From the NCBI GenBank assembly GCA_002633005.1, contig NMRA01000660.1, forward strand, positions 11,478 through 75,477: DNA of 64,000 nucleotides. The letters run 5' to 3'. Under the pieces are notes generated by a model. That model saw only the letters and a list, made by a program, of their open reading frames with translations. It ran no database searches and was not told the origin of the DNA. The position numbers and the translations under genes are program-made. Positions 15,001 to 27,300 of this stretch are shown here, piece after piece; the stretch's first letter is position 1; each line of letters opens with the position of its first letter. This DNA is from Phoronis australis. Taxonomy: Eukaryota; Animalia; Phoronida.

Positions 15001-16048
15001 TCCCCACTTATGCTACGCCGTAGTTTGCCTAAAGAGATGCCAATGTTTTGGGTAAAAATCGGTATATTTGAAAGGTTGCCCCCGTTTTCAAGAAGTCCAC
15101 CCCGGGATCCGTATTTATGTCTTTAAATGTTTTAAATTGATATCATCATGCAATTATAATTGTACATTATAAATGTCACCAATTAGCACTGTATTAATAG
15201 TCCATCAGTGCCGAGGTTCGGATAAAAACTAATGTCACAAATAATCTATAAGCTCCTGTATCCAAACAAACCAACAATATTAACCTGCTGGTGGCATCAA
15301 TTTCTTATCAAAGGTTTCTTATGAACTATTTTTAGAGAAACCTTCAAAAGTGTAAAATATGTTCACTCTACCTACGTGTAGTTTCTTCCCATGCCAGTGT
15401 GCTCGCGCTACGCATGCTCAACTCGAAACCGTGGACTCTTGCATATCGTGAAAAGTGAGACCGCGCAAGTCATCGTAAAATACCGCCATGCGGTTTCATA
15501 CGTCTGTGTCTTGGAACTGCAGAACTTGCCGCTGATTTTTACCGTTTTCACCGCTTCTTTGAAGGGACGGTTGTGCACGTAGCGGATATCTGTGTGCCCT
15601 TGCCAACTTGTTTGAGAAGATCAAAGTTGAAAAGGGCGTGGACGTGTTCCAGACTGTGAAGAAGATCAGATCTTCCCGGTGGCAGTTCATTGTTAACGTG
15701 GTAAGCTTTTGAATTTCAATGAAGTATAGGCTTAATAACAAGTAAATCCCATAAAATTAAAAATACTTTGGACGGTCTGACTGTGGCATTCGCACGCCCT
15801 GTTCCCCACGGTCGTGATTAGTTTATTTTTAAGTTGTAAAATGTAGTATGTAAACTGGAGAGGATTTGCAGACGAGCAGATTCTTTAAGCTCGTGGGTTA
15901 AAAGATTGAGAGGCCTGCCTCTGGTCAGTGTTCTACTCTACATGTGTATTAAAATAATTATTTATTTTTTCAGGCCCAATACACCTCGCTGTACCACATG
16001 GCAGAGAGATTCATCCAGTCTGTTGATCCCTATGCCAACTTTTCGTAG
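27..16048 (+). CDS. Receptor-type protein tyrosine phosphatase, 5'-partial, spliced (TM + D1 + D2); PTPRA/E-like C-terminus
   Basis: Exons: 27-93, 486-546, ~2830-3020, 3923-4010, 4587-4700, 5306-5403, 5803-5922, 6143-6306, 7976-8111, 9608-9742, 10164-10263, 10418-10494, 12048-12182, 12612-12746, 14397-14560, 15565-15700, 15974-16048. All have GT-AG boundaries with matching phases, except the uncertain 546/2830 junction. D1 motifs: [45 protein letters not shown]. The D2 domain follows, ending DPYANFS*. Confidence 0.95.
486..546 (+). CDS. RPTP basic juxtamembrane exon
   Basis: cag|A CGT CGC CGA... encodes [21 protein letters not shown]|gtgag; phase matches the TM exon. Confidence 0.8.
1529..2302. 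mobile_element. MITE/foldback-like element in an RPTP intron
   Basis: Imperfect ~130-bp inverted repeats: GATTGCGATACACCGTG...CCTGCAAACACC...ATCGGACTCACAAAACACGA versus TCGTGTTTTGTAAGTCCGAT...GGTGTTTGCAGG...TTGCAATC. Confidence 0.65.
2830..3020 (+). CDS. RPTP juxtamembrane/wedge exon
   Basis: [14 protein letters not shown]...[11 protein letters not shown]...VVREYE|gt. Acceptor position is uncertain by 2 nt, or a small exon is missing. Confidence 0.75.
3923..9742 (+). CDS. RPTP D1 catalytic domain (7 exons)
   Basis: [55 protein letters not shown]|[15 protein letters not shown]|DQYKFIY. Confidence 0.95.
10164..16048 (+). CDS. RPTP D2 (pseudo-phosphatase) domain and tail (7 exons)
   Basis: [18 protein letters not shown]|[29 protein letters not shown]. 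The WPD loop is replaced by WSN and the P-loop reads QCLDGCARSG. Stop TAG at 16046-16048. Confidence 0.92.
10495..10918 (+). repeat. 17-bp minisatellite (GTAAGTACCGTGTCAAT)x25 starting at the splice donor of RPTP exon 10418-10494
   Basis: Counted 25 units, one of them 16 bp. Most units recreate the exon/intron junction GTCAAT|GTAAGT. Confidence 0.97.
13649..13878. mobile_element. Short hAT-like MITE with 5-bp TSD
   Basis: Termini CAAGCGTGCACCCA...TGGGTGTGCGCATG, flanked by ATTTT on both sides. Confidence 0.6.
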
Positions 16049-16535
16049 TGAAAATCTACCAACAGCGAAGACAGGTCTCCGCTGGAAATCTCCCATCACT
16101 CTTCAAGCGATACGGGTTGCGCAATTCTAAGACAGAAAAGACGTATGTGACATTTGCTTGACCTTTCGAATTCGCGAGAATTCTCTATATTTTCACGTTT
16201 TAAGTTACGTATTTCGGGGACTACATGGATATCTATAATGCACGTGGGCAAAATTCATGAATGCGGGGTTTACGCTGGCGTACTTAAGAACCATGGGATT
16301 GCTTTACTCTCAAAAATATGAGTTCATGGAGCAAATTTATTCTTTATTTGTATTTATAACCTCCGCCCTCATTCATCCCCATTAGGCAATTGATCTAAAA
16401 TAGATAATCGATTAGCTAGTTAGCTTGGCTTTAATTTATATTTTGATTTAATTTTAATGTTGTACGTAAGTTTTCTAATATTTTCCTTCTGATCAGGTTT
16501 CTTACTTAAGTCATACTTAAAAGGCGTTTGTCATG

Positions 16536-16541
16536 AATAAA
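16536..16541 (+). promoter_or_regulatory. Candidate polyadenylation signal of the RPTP
   Basis: AATAAA ~490 nt after the stop; another occurs near 17910. Confidence 0.35.
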
Positions 16542-16898
16542 TTACATATCTATCTTTACTTCCTGCTGTTAGTAACAATGATGGTGGTTGGTGAAATGAC
16601 TGACTAACACGTCGTGTCGCTGTATTTAGTTGGTGTATGTGACCAAATATTTAATACATTATGAAGACACGAAATTGGCTGGTTTTTCACTTGGCAGTGA
16701 TCACCGTCTCTAGCTGGCCCAGTACCGACGTTGGATGCTTTACGGCGAATTAATCCTCACACTGACTAAAACATCAAAGTTTAGAGCACTTACTGTTACA
16801 AAATAGGCCTCAAATTGTTTCTTAATCAAATTTGTGGCCATTGCATGGCTTCGAAAGATCTGACAGTTCGTCATTGTTCCACTGCAGTCAGTTGGGTT

Positions 16899-16965
16899 GC
16901 CATTCTATGAGGCGAGTATAGTCTCTACAAGTGGGCTTGTCATTCTATGAGGCGAGTATAGTCTC
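16899..16965. repeat. Short direct duplication
   Basis: CATTCTATGAGGCGAGTATAGTCTC occurs twice with ~39-bp spacing. Confidence 0.85.
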
Positions 16966-18295
16966 AAGTAATGACGAACCATCAGACGAGTTCTATGGAA
17001 ATCCAGAAATCCCTTTCACCCGAGTAAGGGAAAAGAAGAGACCAACATTCAAATGCGAAGTGGCCTTAATTAAAAGTTGGCTTTCTGAACGGAAGTAGAG
17101 ATAATAGCTGCTTTGATGATCCCTCGTTGACAGCTAAATACCGGCGAAATGCCCCTTTAACAGTCTTTTTCCAGCATGTGGCGTTGTTGCCTAGTAACAA
17201 CATCCGTGAAGTAACGTTGTCAACTTTCGTGGACTTTCATGTTTTCGAAATTGCAATAGCCACAAATACAGACTGAAATTCGTTATAAAGTGCGTTATTT
17301 GTTCACCTGCGAGTTGTTTAGGAAGGCTTTTTCTAGACCTACAGTACACGCTAAAAACCTTAATTAATATGTCAGGTGGTTCAATGTCCGATCTTTCAAA
17401 TTCTTTTAAAAATCAAAATACAAATAGCCGAATTCTGGAATCTGCTTAAGTGAATTAGCGACGACTTCAGCTTGGCTTGTGTTACTATCATTCTGGTCAA
17501 TAGGTGGCGTTTTAATTAGAAGACTTGGAAACGAGGTCAAACCTGTATCGTCTGCTTAAATGGCTACCTATTGGCCAAAACGATAGTTGCACCACTGGCC
17601 AAGCTGAAGCTCGTGAGAGACAGACGCAACTTCAGTAACTCAAGTTAGCAAATTCTAGTATCCGACTTACGTTTTTATATATTCCGATACCTTAACTGGA
17701 CGTCTTAAAACCTTCTATCTTTTTGAACTTTCATTTATATCAAGGTCATGTATAACGTCGCACCTCTTTTACCTTCAAACGACCAAAATGTGACATTATT
17801 TTAAGAAAGTATTTTCATGATTGTCATTTCCGTTGTCTCAGAGATTCTGAGCATAAAAACTGTAAAATGTTTACTTCAAAAACTGAGTTGCCTGTAATTT
17901 CATGATTAAAATAAAAATAGCAATTTCCTCCCGAAGATTGCGGTCACATGATTACGAATGAGGCTTAAGTTCTTGTGTTTCCATTTATCGAGGAATCAGA
18001 AAATATCTCGTTGTTTCAAATAAAATTTGTTAGTTGTTTTAACAAAGTCTGACAATCGTAAGAGGTGGTTAAGTAAGAGCAGACGAACCCTCTCCGTCTC
18101 CTGCTACCAATGAGCCAATTACGTGGACATTTTAACTACTGATTTCCTTATGGCAAATATTTCAACCACGTTTTAGAGAAAACGAAAATAATTGTGCATT
18201 TAAGAAAATTACAGTGTCAATAAAGGCCTATATTTTACATACTGAATAGCAATGACACATGAAAAAGAGCTAAATAATAAAATAAATGCAGTATA

Positions 18296-18465
18296 AGATA
18301 ACCACTTACTTATACGGTGTAGATTGGGCGCAGACTTTTCAACCTGGTCCGCCAGGTCTTTCTCAATGTGTGAGAAGTTTCCCGCCTTTCGATGATTAAG
18401 AATGTTTGAATAAACGGGAGGTAAGTTGAGACCTCGATCCCGGTTCAAGAGAGGTCGCTGAGTGC
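18296..18465 (-). mobile_element. Penelope-like element 3' fragment in the kinase 3' UTR
   Basis: The minus strand encodes RPLLNRDRGLNLPPVYSNIL, resembling the C-terminus of PLE GIY-YIG endonucleases. It is followed by the hairpin ACCTGG-CGGA-CCAGGT-TGAAA. The segment is absent from the paralogous UTR near 61800-61860. Confidence 0.7.
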
Positions 18466-19082
18466 TGATATTGTTAATAAAATTAAAAAGACATAAAAAA
18501 GCATTTACATTGAAAAAATGCATTAACACATGGAATCGCCGTTCGTCATTGTTATGGCTGAAATGAAGTCGGTTACAGAAAACACAAACACACTTTTGTC
18601 AATGTTTCCCTATCAATTCAAAATGATACTAATTCAAATGTCAGCCTGTGAAAAAATGTTGACTGCGAAGGGATCGCAAATCTTTTAAACTATTAAATTA
18701 CTCCAGTCTTTACTATAGAGCAAATTTGTGATAGTAGACTGTCTCCCTCTGGTCAAATGGTCCACACTGTGACACTGCAAGTGATCACATAGACAGTTGA
18801 CAGAGTCAGTCTTGGCTAAAATTGTCTATTATAACAAGGTTTAGTGTCATTTCAAGAAACGAACTTAGAAGGCATAAACATTACTGCAGAAAAATGAAAT
18901 AAAAACAGTGATAAACTAAAAACACGCATGTCCATTGCCTAGTTTCACAAGCTACGTTCGCGTTAAATTAACCATACATAAAAATATTGCATACATTCCG
19001 AGCTCAAGGCTCTGAAAACAAACCAAAAAAGCCAGTAATACAAAAGCTATGCATATAGTATATTGTTTTGTGGTATAAAAGT

Positions 19083-22000
19083 TCAACAGTCGTCTTTCCC
19101 TGAATCAATGACTTCGTACATGAAATCGTCACCGCACTTCACAGAAATAAACGTCTTCCTCAGAGTCAACATGTCTTCCAACATGGGGGCGAGGACGTTA
19201 AATGATGGTCGTTTGTGAGGTACCTCTCTCCAGCACATTGTCATCAAATCGTACCTGAAGAATTCAATTTTATGTTAATTTTGAGCACATGATCAAAGCT
19301 ACGATACACAGTATTTCGTCAAAACAGACAGGTATAGAAAACCCCTTCTCGATCGTTTAAAGTCATTGAAGTTGTCCAACGTTTCCGGAGCGGAAAATGA
19401 GTTACATTCCGGACCAATATCGCACTGGAACTCCAGGTGGGGGTTTAAAATAACAACGAAAATTTGTTTGTCACTCCTCGATATCGTTACAGTGCAGCAT
19501 GCAAACCTTGGGCCAAACAGGAAACGGAAAGCACAGACATTCTATTTGAAGTACCGCGATTACTTAGCGCTGATCCTTAGTTTGTACGGTAATAATAACA
19601 ATAAAAATAGAGAAAACAGTAAGGATGATATCCCGTAAGCTAGAATGTAATAATTCACCGAATATTACCCCTATAGTGTCAGAATGCAATCAAGATAATC
19701 ATCATCATCTAACGAAAATATATCCAACAAAGCATTTTTGTACAGTGGCCTCCACCAGCTTTTAATGGTGCACAGGGGCGGATCCACGATTTTGAGTTAG
19801 GGGGGAGGCAGTGCACTGGGATAACCCGAATTTTGCCACATGCGTGCACCCAGCCTAAAATGTAGATAAGCAGGGGTCTCAATTTTTTTGGTGTTTGAGC
19901 CTTATCACTAAAAAAACGGTAAACGTGCTTTGTTCAAGGCCTATGCATTGTGCATTCGCTCCCCCCGAGCCCCCCTGGGCGCGCGCAAATGCTAATCATC
20001 AATTCCCACTCAGAACTTCCAAATGGTATCTGGAAAAATTTTAGGGGGGGCATGGCCCCCTTGCCCCCCTAAGTTCGCCACTGGTGCACCACCGTATATA
20101 CAAAGTGCGAACCAATATGTGCAACGTGGTGTCTACTTATCCGTGTTATGTTTTCAATGCGAATTACAACTTTGAATATTTTGGTAAAACTCACAAAAAT
20201 GACCGGATACCTCCCTGTTTTTGCCTCATATTGTCAGTACAAGCAGCCATTTTCGGCTCATTTTTTGGACTTTTTTAAATTTGTTAGTTCTCAGGAAATG
20301 CCAAGAATGCTACATGTAAGTATGCGCAGCTGGTAAGAAATTAAAAGGAAAAAACATCATTAGAGACACTCGTGTGGTTGGTGAATAATTTTGTCGTTTG
20401 GGCTGATGTGGGGTAGAAGTATGGCCTCCAAGGGTTGGTGTGTCTTTTAAAAATAGTGCACATGAATCACCGGCTGCTACTCTCATTTCGATTTCAACCC
20501 ATAAAATATATTAAGGAGATACATCCTAGCATGGAGTACTCCAATAATCGGAACTCCTGGATGTCTGGTTTATGAAATTACAGGGCTAATTGTATCCGGC
20601 CGAAATAACCAGATCGATGCTCTGCAACATTCAACTTAAATGCGTAAACATATCTCGAATTCCGAGCAAACGCGTACATAGTCTATCTATGGACAAGGCG
20701 TACTCTCATCGTATACTTGAGTGTACTTGCACTAACTCAACTTTACTGTAAACAGTTTCAGTAAGTAAGAAATACTCAACGTTAACTTACACATCCTCAC
20801 TGCAGTTACAGGGCTGTGGCATCCTGTAGCCAGACTGGAGCTTAGCTAACAGATGACTGCTGGATGCTCCACTGTACGGCGTCCCTCCTGAAAGAAAGAG
20901 CAGAATTTTATTGGTGTAGGAAGTACTACCATGGCCAGAACCTGCATAGTGTGGTAAAGACAATGAACGGGAGAAAGCTCTAATGACACTATTTCTGTTC
21001 ATTGTGCTGCTGCACACCACGTCTCAAATGCGATGAGTCCCTTTCAATTATCGTTACAGCAAGAGCTTCACAATACCTGGTACAAACATAATTTAATATC
21101 CTTATTTAGAGACGTGTATATCACTTTGTAGTCACACTACTCCAATAATAAATTTATTTAAACATTCTGACACCATTTTCGTTCAGATACGATGTTTGCT
21201 AGCAAATTACACTTAAAAGTCTTAAAACTTACCAAGCGTCACGATCTCCCACATCAAAATTCCAAACGACCACCTGAAAATGCACAGACATAATAACACT
21301 ATATTATATTCATTTTCAAAACAAGTGTGTTTTTCAGCTATGTTAATACAAACTGGAATCCTACAAACCGAAAAATTCTCAGAAAAAATGTGCTTTTGAA
21401 TTGCCTTTTCAGTGCCATAATACTTTTTCACATGTCCGAACATGTCAATGAATCAGCTTTACCATCTAGTTAAGAAGGACCTCTGCGTATCAAAAGTTGT
21501 GGCGATCCCGGTTCATCAAAACTGCTTCACACCGGAAGTGTCAAGTGCTACAGAGTTTATCAAGGTTAACCAATCGTTCAAAAATGTGATTCACATCAGT
21601 CACGTTGCATGTACATGCATAGCACTTTGATGGTGGGTACCAATTAATGACATGACCAAGGCATTTGTTAGACACGTTACTTTAGGTCAACGTATCTTCG
21701 TGCACTGTAACCAATTTGACCAGAAGCTGTCAAATCAACCAACCAGCAAAATTTTAAGGTTAGTAATCTAAAAAAGAAACAATTGTCGCGGTACAGAATT
21801 TTTAGCAAGAGTCGTTTTTCGCTGTGGGTGAGTTGGCGTTGTTGCCTTCAGCCCCCATCGTTTTAATCCATTTCTAAGCACTAAGTCAGGATGACCCATG
21901 CCGTTGGGATTTTGTTTCGGATACCGGGAGACAGAGGTAAGTGTTGGAGATAGCACTGCATGCATTCTGTTCACGAAGTGCTTTACCTGACATGGTCACA

Positions 22001-24395
22001 GACACAGACATCTTAATAGTGTGGTCACACAATATCCCAGTTACAAGCCCCATCTTAATGATCTAAATACAACTACAGAGTTCGGTTATACATTTATACA
22101 GGATCACCTTCTGCGTTCAGTATTCTGCAGCGTAAACAAGACCTCACATACTTTACTTAATGTGCATGTTAGGGCTTCATGATTCTCTTAAAAACTTTGT
22201 CAATCATAGCCAAGTAAAAATAGCGTACACGTCACTTTTTGTTGTATACGACTGCTCAAAGAGTGACTCGGGCGCTATCCAACGTATTGGAACCCTGGTC
22301 TGCGTATGTTTCACATAGATGTCTCCTTTTCTGCTGAGTCCAAAATCAGATATCTTGGATGTCAAGTCTTCGCTAAGCAGTACATTTCTCGCCGCAAGGT
22401 CACGGTGAATTATCTGTAAAAGAGATACAGTAGACACGTTTTGTGCTTCCACAATACACCAAGCAGGGTGTATGATAGGCCCCAGACCTAAAGCATCAGT
22501 TGAACTCTAAAATAGTGAAAACATAGGGAGAAGCGCTGAACAATCTTCCAAAAATGACGACTCATTCGTAGTCGTTGTTGTTTTACAGATCAAACTTTCA
22601 TTCGTGCCCTTGATAGTAGCCTGTAATACTTTTCAATACATTGGATTTGGACAACAAGCACCATGTATACTTCATTCTCGAACCTTAGAAGCAGCAAGAT
22701 GCTTCATTCCTCTGGAGACATCCAGCGCCATTTGCAGCAACTGTTTCTCACTGAGACTTGTCGTGAAACCAGCATTTACGTAACCAGAGTCCATGCGACT
22801 GTTTCGTAGAAATGTTCGTAAGTTACCGTTCGAAGCATATTCCGTAGCTATAAACAGAATACCTGTAACAGCAAAAGTTTGAAGAAAAAGGAAATGTTTC
22901 GAATTGAACACAAAATCATCACTACGAATAATATCAGATAGCAAAAAATAAACATAAATGCGATTCGCTTACTGTAAATGTCATCACAGTGATGTTGAAA
23001 TGAGCCCAGCATGTGATGTTACTATGGGTTAACTTGGAATCCCACTTAATCTCGAGATCACGTATGCGTGTACTTCGTATTATATATTCATTAAAATAAT
23101 CTTGCCAAAGGTTTTGTACAAAGTAAAGAGTAATTTTAATTATTGGCCCCACGATCAACCATCTTTTCTTCTTCACCTGAATCTGTGTTACAGAATGTAA
23201 ATGGTTAACCGTTTATTGTTTGGTGAATAATAACGGTACAGGTTGGTTAAAATTTACACTATTTCATTAACACCATATTTGTTTTAGTGCAGTGCAGTTT
23301 TCTATATTCAGTCAGCATGACAAATTTCTTAGATTATTTCCAGTTCCCGCAAACGGAATCGTGGAATCAGGCAGAATTTCATGTTTGAGCACAGCAAAGT
23401 ATGCTCAACTTGAAACCACCGGCATATACGTGTATAGGATTGCACTAACAGAGATTGGTTATGACTAGGGTTTCTGTACATGTAAATCGTCTTGAAACGC
23501 TCTCCCAATGGTATCACCATTAGAAACGGTGCAACGTATTTTGACTGTTAAGTTACGATTATGCAGTGCACCTCAACCGGAGTGCGTTCTCTAACCCTTC
23601 TCAATTGCGAGACATTTCTGTCTCGAAGTCATGCATTACAGCGGAAATATTACGTTTTCTTCGATAATTTGACATTTCACCATCGCAATCCAGAGTGGTC
23701 ATTTCGGTAGTGCACGCCAGCAAGACTGCAAGTTAACTTGCGAAACAGTAGCGTGATTATTTGCCTTTCACAACAGTTCGTTTGGCTAATGACGGCTATC
23801 CCGCAAGGAACTAGCCTTACGGTACGCTGCCTAGATGATTACTGATAAACCAACTTTAATTTGATCATCGAGACGTGCTGCGTCAACTGAAGAGACTTTA
23901 CCTTCATGTTCACAAGCTCCAATCAACGATACAATGTTGGGATGACTTCCAACTTGACTGAGAATGTTTAACTCTCCAATAAAATCGAGCCTGTCCTTGT
24001 CTGTGGCAAGAGCTATAACGTAAATTATTAATCAGACAATGCCGATCCAGTTACTGTTATATGTGTATGAAGACACACGATTTTCAGATCAATAGCAGAA
24101 ATGTGTTATTTTCAATTCACATTTGAAAACATATGACGTAAACAAGGTGTCTCTAATACCAGGTGCAATATACGTAGTTACCGTTTAATTGTTTTAAGGC
24201 CACTTTAATTGTAGAAGTGTTCTTGACGAGGGTCGCAGATTGAACATCCCCAAAATTTCCTTTACCGATGACGTCAACGAAAGATATAGAAGCAAATGGT
24301 ATCATCCAGAAGTTAGGCTCCATCTTCTCATATGCATTGGAGGTTGGCCTGCTGTGAGCTGTGCTCTCGCACGTGTCGGATGTGTTATTTGTACA
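19083..24395 (-). CDS. Tyrosine kinase domain and tail of paralog A (7 exons)
   Basis: [14 protein letters not shown], alphaC Glu (DFIGEL), [64 protein letters not shown]. All catalytic residues are present. Confidence 0.96.
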
Positions 24396-27300
24396 CTGAA
24401 AGTGAAAAATACAGAATTACATCGTCTGCCGTTTACGGAAGGTAGGTGCACTCCCAGTGCAATGATTGTTTAAGTACTACAGCAATGTAGCAAAACATGG
24501 AATCGATCACAGCACCACAACCATGCAGTTGATAAGATTTTTCCTATTCTAGGTTCGGGCACATGATACATTTTTCTTGGTTTCTGGGTAATTGTTTTTT
24601 TTCATTTCGAACCTTGGCTTGTCAGGTTTAGAAAAATACGTTTACAAGACTGGATATACTGTGTATGTATTGGTCAGCAGTCATGTCTAGGCAAGTTTTG
24701 TGAGTATCACATGTATGTACAGATTTAGAAAAAATTGACAAACTTGCTAGACTTGCATGTTTCTTACCGAATGATCACCAACATCGCCATATGTAAAAAG
24801 CTCCAAAGCAGTTTGAAGACTCTGAGGCGTTCGTCTTGAATGAGCTGAAATATAAAATGCACATATTAGAAACAAAGTCTTTCTCAGTGTACCTGTCTGG
24901 TCTATATGAGCCTGCTCTGAATGATGGGTGGTTTTTAGAAATGAAGTGACATCAGAAAATTCAATCCAAGTTTGGTCTACCACTTTATGAAATTCATTTA
25001 TTTAATTGTTGACACACAGAGTTCCAGAGACCAGGGGCCCGTTCCAACAAAACTGACTTAGCTAAGACAAATCTTAAATTTTAGTTAATTTTAAGATAAA
25101 AATTAAATTTGTCTCGCGACCGTTTCAAGAAAGAGATCTTAAGTTTGAATTAAATTTTTGTCTTAATTTTAACTACCTTACGGGATGTGGAAGTTTCAAA
25201 TTATGGAAGTTAAGACAAATCTTAGACTTAAGTAAAAATGAACTGAAGTCAGTTTCTTGGAACAGTCCCCAAGTTTATGAAAGTTTGGCAAGAACGCGCC
25301 AGTGCACGCAAAATCCCAAAAATGGCAGGCAAATGTTTCGGGAGTACAGTCAAGATCTCAATAGCGTGGATTAGCAGCAAGATTTTAGTTTATTTTGTTC
25401 AATTCTCGCCGCAACTATGGCTCACGTGTCTTAAAATACAGAATGCTGCTCAGACCAAATGATGATTTACAAAGCTATAGCGTGTATCAATACCTGGTTC
25501 ACTAATGTTCTCAGTCATGTCCGCACTATGCTGCATCTGTCTTCTTTTCCTGAATTATAGAAAAACTGTGAAGATAACGTAATACTAACAGACAATGGTT
25601 TTTAGATAAACACCAGGGCTGAGTTGCATAAACCTTCAAAAGATATCCGCTGGATAAGTTTGATTGTTGCATGACGTCATGTGCATTGTTCAACAATAAC
25701 AACGTGTTGCGTGATAATGCGACGTCATTGTTGCTATACGGCGTATAACTTTTATGCAACTGGGCCCAGGTGGTACTTATTTGCAAAAATAAATCCCCAT
25801 GTGAGATAAACAATATTTATTGGTCAGTAAATAAATGGTCTTATGGCAAAAATAACCCGAAAATCAAGTACTCATATTTGATTGGAAAGGTGTATATGTT
25901 CGTCTTATTATTAATCACGACAGTATGTATTATGATCAAAATTTGTTCCGATCGACTATATTTTAAAATTAAAAATTTTGCTAATAAATTACTTGAAATT
26001 TATTTGTTTATATACATATTAGGCCTATCAGAGGAGTTGGGTTATACCTACAAATAAAGGATACAGTACTTACCTATATACAGCAAACCCAATGAAAGCA
26101 ACCACCAATACCAGCGATCCACAACCTACACCGACTAATAAACTCACAGAAGAGGTGCTGTAATCTCTCACTGTTGGGGAGGAACACATGAACAAGCTCA
26201 CGTTAAGCACCAATAAACCAGTCTTGATAATGAGCACATTTACTACTACACACCAAAACAGGGCCCATCCGCTATTCCTCCCTTCCCTATATTTCCCAAT
26301 CCTATGTCCCTCATCCATATTATTCACCAGTCCCGTAGGGATGTTCCCACAAATCGTTGAAGAGCCCCCATAAGAGACTTGATAACCTTTAGTAAACCTG
26401 TTGCTGAGAAACAAGCCAAAATTTTCAAAAAGTATTTTTCTGTTTTCCGGCTTCTTAGTATCTAATGGGTGGAATACCGTCAGACTCTCATCGGCATATT
26501 CCAGTCAAGGTCTAGTTCATGTGGCCTCAAGACCGACGAAAGTTCGCTAAGTGGGAAATCGAATTCGTTCTCTGATACTTCAAGTACTTGAGTGTGATGC
26601 CCGTATCCACTCTCCTCTCCATCTGAGAAAAAACTGTCCAGTTCTCACTCAAAATCGTCCTCGTATTCCGATCTGCGGTGTTCCACCATTGTAATCGATT
26701 GTCAAGTGACTAAATGTCTTCCATTCATTACATCATTCAGCGGGAAAGTTGGAAATTTTTCTTCAAAATTAAAACAGATGCCACTATTTGAAACAAAAAG
26801 TGCTTATTTAGTTGGAGTTTGTGATGTTCATTTCATAGTTGCCAACTGAAATCTGAAATGCACGGTGGGGACTTTTTAATATAGTGTCGTTCCAGATGAC
26901 GCAGCGATAAAACCCTAATTGTCCCAGATGTAAGAAAACGTGTTGTTTTCAATGACCTAGTTTTAAAATGACAGGCATATTGCCAAAGGTCACGTAGGAA
27001 ACCGTCGAAAGTATGGCCGTGGCAATGTTTCCGATTTCAACCTATTTAAAGTACCCGAATCGAACGGTATCTTCAAGAAAATGGACTGTTTTTGGTTCGA
27101 AATTGACTTGACGAGCTTGCTTTATCCATCGGCTTTATCCATCGCTCGGCGTTTATTTTCTTTCATTTTATGTCGGATAGGCGACTAACTTGACATCACA
27201 AACCCACGTACTATACTCTTAAAGCTTAACCACCTTTTTAGCGTCTCAGTTGCGGCCCAAAGCACAGCAGTAATGTTTCGTTGGCATTGGAAGGCCGAAT

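Noticed and set aside
14397-15700. Degenerate D2 catalytic motifs as a sign of pseudogenisation
   Set aside because: Inactive D2 domains are normal in tandem-domain RPTPs, and the reading frame and splice sites are intact.
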